NCBI RefSeq assembly: GCF_001194135.2
Contig: NC_068988.1
Span: forward strand, 43,870,150-43,903,955
DNA from: Octopus bimaculoides
Taxonomy: Eukaryota
DNA length: 33,806 nt
Reading direction: 5' to 3'
Positions within the stretch are counted from its first letter, which is position 1. Each line of letters begins with the position of its first letter. This document shows positions 25,661 through 33,806 of this stretch, one piece after another. A program made the position numbers and the translations under genes. The notes under the pieces were generated by a model, which was not told the DNA's origin, did no database searches, and was given only the letters and a program-made list of their open reading frames with translations.

Positions 25661-26855
25661 TCATATTTGCTAAAAAAGAAATTGCACTTTTATTTCATTT
25701 TATTTGTATTATTCTCACAATTTTGTATTTTGATTAATTTTTCATTGAAATNNNNNNNNNNNNNNNNNNNNNNNNNNNNNNNNNNNNNNNNNNNNNNNNN
25801 NNNNNNNNNNNNNNNNNNNNNNNNNNNNNNNNNNNNNNNNNNNNNNNNNNNNNNNNNNNNNNNNNNNNNNNNNNNNNNNNNNNNNNNNNNNNNNNNNNNN
25901 NNNNNNNNNNNNNNNNNNNNNNNNNNNNNNNNNNNNNNNNNNNNNNNNNNNNNNNNNNNNNNNNNNNNNNNNNNNNNNNNNNNNNNNNNNNNNNNNNNNN
26001 NNNNNNNNNNNNNNNNNNNNNNNNNNNNNNNNNNNNNNNNNNNNNNNNNNNNNNNNNNNNNNNNNNNNNNNNNNNNNNNNNNNNNNNNNNNNNNNNNNNN
26101 NNNNNNNNNNNNNNNNNNNNNNNNNNNNNNNNNNNNNNNNNNNNNNNNNNNNNNNNNNNNNNNNNNNNNNNNNNNNNNNNNNNNNNNNNNNNNNNNNNNN
26201 NNNNNNNNNNNNNNNNNNNNNNNNNNNNNNNNNNNNNNNNNNNNNNNNNNNNNNNNNNNNNNNNNNNNNNNNNNNNNNNNNNNNNNNNNNNNNNNNNNNN
26301 NNNNNNNNNNNNNNNNNNNNNNNNNNNNNNNNNNNNNNNNNNNNNNNNNNNNNNNNNNNNNNNNNNNNNNNNNNNNNNNNNNNNNNNNNNNNNNNNNNNN
26401 NNNNNNNNNNNNNNNNNNNNNNNNNNNNNNNNNNNNNNNNNNNNNNNNNNNNNNNNNNNNNNNNNNNNNNNNNNNNNNNNNNNNNNNNNNNNNNNNNNNN
26501 NNNNNNNNNNNNNNNNNNNNNNNNNNNNNNNNNNNNNNNNNNNNNNNNNNNNNNNNNNNNNNNNNNNNNNNNNNNNNNNNNNNNNNNNNNNNNNNNNNNN
26601 NNNNNNNNNNNNNNNNNNNNNNNNNNNNNNNNNNNNNNNNNNNNNNNNNNNNNNNNNNNNNNNNNNNNNNNNNNNNNNNNNNNNNNNNNNNNNNNNNNNN
26701 NNNNNNNNNNNNNNNNNNNACTTTCGGAGGTGTCTTCGGCTCTAGTGTTGAGAGCGCTTTTTTTTCTTTTTTTCTTTGGCCTTTTGTTCTTTTGTTTCTT
26801 CGATGCCTCATCAACGAATGCCAGCGGGCAAATGACCACTCTGCCAAATTACCCA

Positions 26856-26884
26856 TTAAATACTCGCCTAAGGCGAGTATTTAA
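26856..26884. other. Perfect 14-bp inverted repeat with 1-nt spacer
   Basis: TTAAATACTCGCCT-A-AGGCGAGTATTTAA. Confidence 0.95.
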
Positions 26885-27230
26885 AACGAAATTACGTATG
26901 TAAACTTTGACTTAGAAATAACTATTATTTAATAGCAGTGGATCAGAGCAGTACAACATGTTTTGTAATTTTTAGCTAAGAATACGAGTTTAAATAACAC
27001 TACTAGGTAAACCTCGTGCTAGGGATACCATTCTAATAAAGACCGATGTAATTGAATATCCCATTTCTCCTTCAATAGCATGTGGCCATATTACCTATGT
27101 AAGAAATCATAATTATTAATAGACGGTTTTTTTTTTATTCCTCACCTGTCACTTTGTTTACGTTATTTTATCCACAGTGCCATATTCTATTTCATGGAAC
27201 ATTTTACTAACACATGAGAAAATTACTACA

Positions 27231-27364
27231 TATGTGTGTATGTGAATATGTGTGCATGTGTGAGAGAGACAGACAGACGGACAGAATGTGTGTGTGTATA
27301 TGAATGTGTGTGTGTGAGAGAGACAGACAGACAGAATATGTGTGTGTGTATGAATGTGTGTGTG
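27231..27364. repeat. Higher-order repeat (about 52-bp unit of TG/GA/GACA modules, about 2.5 copies)
   Basis: TGTGTGAGAGAGACAGACAGAC..AGAAT..TGTGTGTAT..TGAATGTG is repeated. Confidence 0.8.
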
Positions 27365-27602
27365 CCTTTGTGTACAGTATGATATAGTCAATCTTTTCGT
27401 TATGGTTAAATGACTGTGTTTTTTATTGTGTAATATACATTACACAGTGGACATGAGTGCATCATTGCCCTCATCCATGACTACTTCTAAATACACGCTT
27501 GATTTGTCACCCACACGTTGTTGAAACAAATGTGAAACTTGGAATAAATGGAATACCAGTAACTCCATTTCGACTTATGTGTGTACGTGCGTGCGCCCGC
27601 TT

Positions 27603-27682
<80 letters not shown>
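27603..27682. repeat. Self-complementary (CA)n(TA)n(TG)n microsatellite
   Basis: Directly visible, centred on CATATATATG. Confidence 0.95.
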
Positions 27683-27684
<2 letters not shown>

Positions 27685-27914
27685 CGGCGAGCTGGCAGAA
27701 ACGTTAGCACGCCGGGCGAAATGCTTAGCGGTATTTCGTCTGCCGCTACGTTCCGAGTTCAAATTCCGCCGAGGTCGACTTTGCTTTTCATCCTTTCGGG
27801 ATCGATTAAATAAGTACCAGTTACGCACTGGGGTCGATATAATCGACTTAATCCGTTTGTCTGTCCTTATTTGTCCCCTCTGTGTGTAGCCCCTTGTGGA
27901 TAGTAAAGAAATAA
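27683..27914 (+). mobile_element. SINE family A, tail type 1, full length
   Basis: Nearly identical to 10773-10997; starts directly after (GT)n; ends CCCTTGTGGATAGTAAAGAAATAA. Confidence 0.93.
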
Positions 27915-28430
27915 CACACATAANNNNNNNNNNNNNNNNNNNNNNNNNNNNNNNNNNNNNNNNNNNNNNNNNNNNNNNNNNNNNNNNNNNNNNNNNNNNN
28001 NNNNNNNNNNNNNNNNNNNNNNNNNNNNNNNNNNNNNNNNNNNNNNNNNNNNNNNNNNNNNNNNNNNNNNNNNNNNNNNNNNNNNNNNNNNNNNNNNNNN
28101 NNNNNNNNNNNNNNNNNNNNNNNNNNNNNNNNNNNNNNNNNNNNNNNNNNNNNNNNNNNNNNNNNNNNNNNNNNNNNNNNNNNNNNNNNNNNNNNNNNNN
28201 NNNNNNNNNNNNNNNNNNNNNNNNNNNNNNNNNNNNNNNNNNNNNNNNNNNNNNNNNNNNNNNNNNNNNNNNNNNNNNNNNNNNNNNNNNNNNNNNNNNN
28301 NNNNNNNNNNNNNNNNNNNNNNNNNNNNNNNNNNNNNNNNNNNNNNNNNNNNNNNNNNNNNNNNNNNNNNNNNNNNNNNNNNNNNNNNNNNNNNNNNNNN
28401 NNNNNATATATATGCATAAGGTGGTGAAAT

Positions 28431-28594
28431 ATCGATATCCATCACTCTTGAATTGGATTAAGGGTGGCTTGTCTCGCCTGTCTATGACTTTCAGGTGTTT
28501 AAACAACCGGTGATTTAAGGGAGTCATCCCTGCCACGCTGCGTAGCAGCGTATTAGTAAGGCAGCAAAACATACACTGAATATGTATGGTCGAT
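28431..28594. repeat. Duplicated element, copy 2 (long, hairpin-rich form)
   Basis: Matches 24709-24837 plus a 35-nt insert at 28512-28546. Confidence 0.92.
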
Positions 28595-29326
28595 AATGTT
28601 ACATATATATATATTTTATATATATATATACATACATGCATACATGCATACATACATACATACATACATACATACACACATACATACATGCATACATAAA
28701 CACACATGCATATATACATATATACACATACATACGCACACACGCACAAAGACACATGGACACCTTCATTTCCCCATATAACAATTGCTCCTCCTTCACC
28801 CAGCTTGTTGCAACTCCGCTCAACCGCATTCACTTCATATATTTCTTATGCCACCTCCGTCTAGATTTTAAATTATTTATGTCATTTCCCTATCACCCTG
28901 GGTTTTGTTACCGATACGTCAACTACCAATAGACGATGCCTGCTTACTGTTGCTCTGTATAACAATAGATAGCAGCAATTACAATTCATCGGTGATAAAT
29001 CTATATTTCACCCTAGACCTAGGTCACGATATATAGTGTCCCGATATCAACTGGGTGTGACAGAACAAGCTTTATGCTTATCATTACTCAGTTGTTTCGA
29101 AATTCTGGCGCCCTTTGCTCTTATATAGTTGTTATTCGGTTACTTTGTTACCATATTTATTTCCCTCAAACACACCTACATGTTGTTTCGAGTACGTCTG
29201 TGTGAGATCATGAATATGTGGTATGTACGTACGTATGTATTCATACATGTATTCATACATGTATTCATACATATATATATATGTACATACACACATGTGT
29301 AAGATTATGTATGTGTGTGCTTTTGG

Positions 29327-29533
29327 GTCTGTGCTTGTCCCCCGTCACCACTTGACAACCGGTGTTGATGTGTTTACGTCTCCGTAACTAAATGGTTTGG
29401 CAAAAAAACCATAGAATAAGTATGAGGCTTTAAAAAATATAACTAGTGGGGTCGATTCATTCGAGTAATATTCTTCAAGGCGATGCCTTAGCATGACCGC
29501 TCTCTAATGATTGAAACAAATAAAAGATAAAAG
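29327..29533 (+). mobile_element. SINE family B, 3' half
   Basis: CACTTGACAACCGGTGTTGATGTGTTTACGTCTCCGTAAC...GGGGTCGATTCATTCGAG...AAATAAAAGATAAAAG; homologous to 1-180. Confidence 0.8.
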
Positions 29534-29554
29534 GAGGAAACATGTGGAAGAGAG

Positions 29555-29599
29555 TGTCGCTGAAGAGGTCACAGGAGTGTGCCGAAAGATTTCCAGATA
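29555..29599 (+). ncRNA. Minimal type-I hammerhead ribozyme (predicted)
   Basis: ugucg-CUGAAGA-GGUCAC(AGGA)GUG[U]GCC-GAAA-GAU-UUC-cagaua. Both core boxes are intact; stem II has 6 bp with one bulge; AGAUUU is self-complementary with G-U pairs; stem I is imperfect. Predicted cleavage after C29593. Confidence 0.55.
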
Positions 29600-29696
29600 A
29601 AGGACATAAAATAAAAACAATAAGAAATCTGAAATGAAGAACGAATATATATACTAAAATTATGAAAGAATTGAGCAAACGATACAGTCTATTTAC

Positions 29697-30050
29697 AACT
29701 GGGAAACACCCTTACTCCCGATTGATAAAGGCCCTAATTTCTGGCTGAAACGATTAACACATATTCTTTAATCAGTATTTAATAAATTGAACAGAGCAGA
29801 ATTAACATATGAGAGCTTACGAGAAAGGAACATAATGTTAATTCTTCGAAAACCAGATTAAAAAAGAGTCCGGAGATTTATAAAATTACAGACCTATAGT
29901 TTATTTGTTAACAGCAGTACAAAACCCTCAACATATATATTTTTAAACGGCTAGCAGTTTAAAGAATAACATTGTATCAAAGAACAGGAAAACTAAGGGT
30001 CGCAAAGAAAAATTGCTTATGAATAGGAAAATTATGAAAGATAATCAAAA
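29697..30050 (+). pseudogene. Ancient R4/Dong-like RT fragment
   Basis: NWETP..DKGPNFWLKRLT, NYRPIVYL, YKTLN..FKRL, NNIV, GRKEKLLMNRKIMKDN in order; parallels NWKxPG.D..NFW.K / NYRPI.CL / YK.LT / GCKDQLL.NK of RLE-type LINEs. Confidence 0.7.
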
Positions 30051-30189
30051 GATAAACTATAACTTAAGCATGTTGTAGCATACAGCAACCACACCCTTAG
30101 ATGTTGGCAACATTACATATAAATAAACCAGTTCCAAAACTAATATAGTACATCAACCAAACATTCTCAAAATGGAAAACAGCTATAAA

Positions 30190-30360
30190 GGCACAGGCAT
30201 GGCTGTGTAGTTAAGAATCTCGTTTTGCAATCACGTGGTTTCAGGTTCAGCCTCACAGCGCGGTGCCTTGGGCAAGTGTCTTCTACTATTAGCTCCGAGC
30301 CGACTAAAGCCTTGTGAGTGTATTTGATAGACTGGCAAGTTGTGTGGCAACCCATCACAT
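30190..30360 (+). mobile_element. SINE family B, 5' part
   Basis: GGCACAGGCATGGCTGTGTAGTTAAG head; CCTTGGGCAAGTGTCTTCTACTA core; AAAGCCTTGTGAGTG. Confidence 0.85.
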
Positions 30361-30404
30361 ATATATCTGGGTGTGCGACGTGCGTATGCGTTTATGTATA
30401 TATG

Positions 30405-30472
30405 TGTAAGGACCGTGCGATCAGGAGAGGTGACGAGGAATGGCTCCTTTAGTACATCGCACGGTCGATACA
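30405..30472. other. Isolated long hairpin
   Basis: GACCGTGCGAT (30411-30421) pairs perfectly with ATCGCACGGTC (30456-30466); inner AGGAG/CTCCT and outer TGTA/TACA also pair. Confidence 0.8.
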
Positions 30473-30747
30473 AATAAAAAATATGAAAAGAAGATAAAGG
30501 AAAATAGGTCCCAGAAAGAAATGAAAGACACAACCAGTAGAAGGTTTAGGAGAAGATTTTATTGATATGTCAACATGTGTGTGTGTGAGTGCGACATATA
30601 AACACAATAATAGACAGGCCGTCATGCAAACAAAGTGTATGTGTATACAAACATGTGTGTATGTGTGTGCGAGNNNNNNNNNNAAGTGTATGTGTATACA
30701 AACATGTGTGTATGTGTGTGCGAGAAATACAGAGCATAGAAAAGAGT

Positions 30748-30957
30748 CTATAAGGACGTTAGAAGAAAGTCCAGACACGAGGATGGGGAATACCAGTTCG
30801 TATTCAAGGTACACAGTGGTTGAGGTGCTGTAACAAGAAGTTGTGGCGGCAATGCAGAGCCGAGGAGAGGTACTGTCACATAAGAAGTTGTGACTTCAAT
30901 GTTGCTGCTGGTTACTTGGTACAGGAGTTCTCGCAGGTTGTATTCGCTGTTAGCCAT
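30748..30957 (-). CDS. 69-aa ORF MANSEYNLRELLYQVTSSNIEVTTSY..., likely a decayed element ORF start
   Basis: Optimal Kozak TTCACCATGG downstream of a TATA/Inr; no domain recognised. Confidence 0.25.
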   Translation of the reverse strand: MANSEYNLRELLYQVTSSNIEVTTSYVTVPLLGSALPPQLLVTAPQPLCTLNTNWYSPSSCLDFLLTSL

Positions 30958-31179
30958 GGTGAAATAATACACAAACAGTGTTGAGATAGAACCTGTGCGG
31001 ATGCTGTTGGTTGCTGTGTACGTAGAGAAGCTGGTGTAGTTAAGAATATGATGGTGGCGACGAAGATGGAGTTTGCAGTAAGCTGTTGGTCGAGTGTTGA
31101 GTCTCCATGAAGCTGTCGTCGCTGGAACTGGTTGTGTGCTCTGTGGTCAGTGGCTAAACCTCAGAAAATCTGAAGCAGA

Positions 31180-31370
31180 CTGACAAACTGTGACGGTGAA
31201 AAGCTAGCTATTTATAAGATACTATCGGCTCAAACTGGGGTTCAGAAAAGACTGTCTCACGCGACCTTATTTGAAGGTTGCGATTGGTTGGGTTGCATCT
31301 TGGCGCGCAATAAAACAGGAAACAAATTGCGCCAATACCAACCAATAAGAGTGGTGGACACAACGTAAGT
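31180..31370. promoter_or_regulatory. Symmetric CCAAT/E2F/ETS promoter cassette with minus-strand TATA-Inr
   Basis: TATAAATA on the minus strand (31209-31216) with Inr-like ACAGTT/TCAGTC 27-35 nt downstream; ATTGGTTGG 31283-31291, TTGGCGCGCAAT 31300-31311, CAGGAA 31316-31321, ATTGCGCCAA 31326-31335, CCAACCAAT 31338-31346; plus-strand donor-like GTAAGT at 31365. Confidence 0.55.
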
Positions 31371-31415
31371 ATGGTATATAGGATTAGACAAATCTACGAA
31401 AGTTATTTTAACTAT

Positions 31416-31842
31416 AAATAAAATAAATAAATGCGCCCTTTTAAAGCCTAGCCAGGCTCATGGGCCCGGTTTCCCGGTTTCAATGGCGTATGTGNNNNNN
31501 NNNNNNNNNNNNNNNNNNNNNNNNNNNNNNNNNNNNNNNNNNNNNNNNNNNNNNNNNNNNNNNNNNNNNNNNNNNNNNNNNNNNNNNNNNNNNNNNNNNN
31601 NNNNNNNNNNNNNNNNNNNNNNNNNNNNNNNNNNNNNNNNNNNNNNNNNNNNNNNNNNNNNNNNNNNNNNNNNNNNNNNNNNNNNNNNNNNNNNNNNNNN
31701 NNNNNNNNNNNNNNNNNNNNNNNNNNNNNNNNNNNNNNNNNNNNNNNNNNNNNNNNNNNNNNNNNNNNNNNNNNNNNNNNNNNNNNNNNNNNNNNNNNNN
31801 NNNNNNNNNNNNNNNNCTAACCCCTAAGCCACGCACCTCCAC
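31416..31842 (-). mobile_element. tRNA-derived SINE family E (middle hidden by gap)
   Basis: Head (reverse complement) GTGGAGGTGCGTGGCTTAGGGGTTAG at 31817-31842; tail ...GGCTAGGCTTTAAAAGGGCGC(ATTT)n. Linking the two ends across the gap is from recall. Confidence 0.65.
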
Positions 31843-31891
31843 ATTTTAACTATAAGGGGTAAATTAATGAAAACTGGGAACATTAAATATA

Positions 31892-32074
31892 CAAGGAGTG
31901 CTGAAAACTTCTTGGCTTTAAGGTTGTCGCTAAAGGCCAAGTCGGAGGTCTAACCTTCCGAGTTCTTTTACAGGGGTAAAAAAAAACTGAAGGACTGCTG
32001 CTATAAGTGTGTGAATCTGAGAGGGGATATGTTCAATAAAATCATAATTAACTGAACTTTTCAGCATCCTCTTG
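31892..32074 (+). mobile_element. Mariner-derived MITE, 183 bp, TA target duplication
   Basis: TIRs CAAGGAGTGCTGAAAACTTC / GAACTTTTCAGCATCCTCTTG; TA at 31890-31891 and 32075-32076; retains transposase C-terminal KCVNLRG codons. Confidence 0.88.
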
Positions 32075-32137
32075 TATATACTGTGTGGTACGATAGATCA
32101 GTTGGGTGAGCGGAAGAATATAGTAGCATATAAACTT

Positions 32138-32148
32138 GATGATGATGG

Positions 32149-32212
<64 letters not shown>
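32138..32212. repeat. (GAT)n microsatellite
   Basis: Directly visible. Confidence 0.95.
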
Positions 32213-32215
<3 letters not shown>

Positions 32216-32711
32216 ATGTTGATGAGGAGAAAGAGGATGCAGAAGATAGAGAGGATGGAAAATTGCGTCTAAGGAGCTGTTTGCTGAATGCGTTATTACG
32301 TCATTAAGGTTGATAATTTTGTATACCGTAAACTCTAACTGCCAAAAGACAGACAGACGGAGACATTACACATCATTAACCAGTGAGCGAATTTGTAAAT
32401 CATTAGACAGAGGACCCCCCGAGCACCACCCCATTTCTTCCTCCTACTACCTCTCCTACTCATTTTTGCATTTTACTGACATTTAAAATAATTCTCATCA
32501 TACATTCATACAATCTAGCAACCTTGATTTCCTTGTAAACCACATGCAGTTACTTATTTATAGACATACCTCCTTAGCTTGAAGGCTAAACAACTTATAG
32601 AAGAGATTTTATCATTACTTCTGCTGCTGCTACTACTACTACATCTACTACTATTACTACTATTGAGTTTCCTAGATATTCATTTATTCATATATTACAT
32701 CACTAATTTTA

Positions 32712-32812
32712 GTGGCTATGCTGGAGTCACTGTTTCAAGGGCATAGTAAATTATATAAACCTTAGTACTTTGAATGGTGCCTATGTTATCGACTCCAGGA
32801 AACCGAATCTCA
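32712..32812 (-). mobile_element. Degenerate SINE fragment (A/B-like modules)
   Basis: GGCTATGCTGGAGTCACTGTT resembles the family B tail; AGTACTT...TGTTATCGACTCCAGG resembles the central module. Confidence 0.45.
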
Positions 32813-33443
32813 TAGTCAATCTGTATACTTGGACTTGGGGCATAAGGGAACGTAACTACACACAGACCTAAATCTTTCTGCAACAAGAGCATTTTTACAT
32901 CTTGGATCCCAAGTCTGACCTTAACAAACATAGCTTCGTGTTTTATATCCTAAATATCCGCACGACAAGATAACTTGTCACTTTTAATACGACGCGCTAT
33001 AAAGGAACGGAATAAATCACTTCCTGCCATCACAAATTGTGCACACGTCATAACATCAGAATGAGGTGGTTTGACGCAGCTCTTTGGATGCAGACGATTT
33101 GGCACATCGAAATGGACATTCGGCCTGTTTTGGTAATGGTACTTTTTGGTGCTAGAGACCTACAGACTCATATGCGTGCACTGAAATGTACACATGCAGT
33201 AAGAAAGAATAAGAAAAAGAGAGACAGATTGGCAGAGAACGAGAGAAGCTTTAAATGAAATGTCTGATGTCAAATAAGTCAGTGTCGGATCAGCGGCAGC
33301 ACCAAATAAGCGGCGGTAAAACGGTCGTACCAAAACGTTTCATATCCAGACAACCTCAAAGCAAACATTTTAAATATGAATGCCCATCAAGATATGACAA
33401 GGTCACACTTTGCTGTGCTTATAATCACTCACTTCAAATAAGA

Positions 33444-33742
33444 TAAACGGTAGAGACCTCCTTCGGTTATGAATGACCATGGGATTACAACTAGAAAGTT
33501 ACCCCGCGAGGCACAAGTCCGGGAAAGGTTGCTTATGGAAGACCAGCAGTCACCTATGTATACCAGCTTTCCCTCTCCGTACCACCGAGGTTATACAAGC
33601 GAAAACCAAAGGCCAATACAGCTTGGCACCAGTGACATCGCAACTCATTTCTACGGATGAATGAACTGAAGAAACGTAAAGTGAAGTGTCTTGCTCAGGA
33701 ACACAACACAAAGTCCGGTCCAAGAATCGAACCGACTACCTC
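33444..33742 (-). mobile_element. SINE family D
   Basis: Homologous to 16704-16991; includes B-box (reverse complement GGTTCGATTCTTG) at 33721-33733. Confidence 0.87.
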
Positions 33743-33806
33743 ACTCTAAATACATGTATACTCATGTATATACATCTATAGATACACACACACACACACA
33801 CACACA

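Larger units (their letters stand above)
30724..31415 (-). mobile_element. Probable 5' end of a retroelement (tentatively Penelope-like) with its promoter
   Basis: GC-richer block with promoter, about 230-nt leader and Kozak ORF, truncated at a microsatellite on the left and abutting a SINE tail on the right. PLE assignment rests on recall of octopus repeats only. Confidence 0.35.

Noticed and set aside
30633-30724. 41-bp exact tandem duplication
   Set aside because: Identical copies flank a 10-N gap, the signature of an unmerged contig overlap.
32990-33240. TATA/ETS-like motifs and a DADDLA RT-like peptide
   Set aside because: TATA-Inr spacing is poor and neighbouring RT motifs are absent.

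Overview
AT-rich animal genomic DNA, about 14% N in 12 assembly gaps, saturated with microsatellites and transposon debris. The SINE families look like those of octopus (probably an Octopus sp. draft scaffold); this is recognition from memory, not a database match. No protein-coding gene can be supported: almost all ORF-track entries are microsatellite or gap artefacts. What can be supported: about five tRNA-derived SINE families; two decayed Tx1/L1-clade LINE pieces (RT core and 3' end); two R4/Dong-like pieces (RT, and a restriction-like endonuclease C-terminus sitting inside (TAA)n); several mariner remnants including a TA-flanked MITE; and a foldback MITE. The most interesting items are a minimal type-I hammerhead ribozyme with an intact core (29555-29599), a second degenerate one (19790-19825), a mirror-symmetric CCAAT/E2F/ETS promoter cassette with TATA and a Kozak ORF (30748-31370), a retroposon pile-up on (ATT)n (5095-8345), and a duplicated hairpin-rich element (24709, 28431). 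I found no clearly novel multi-gene system.
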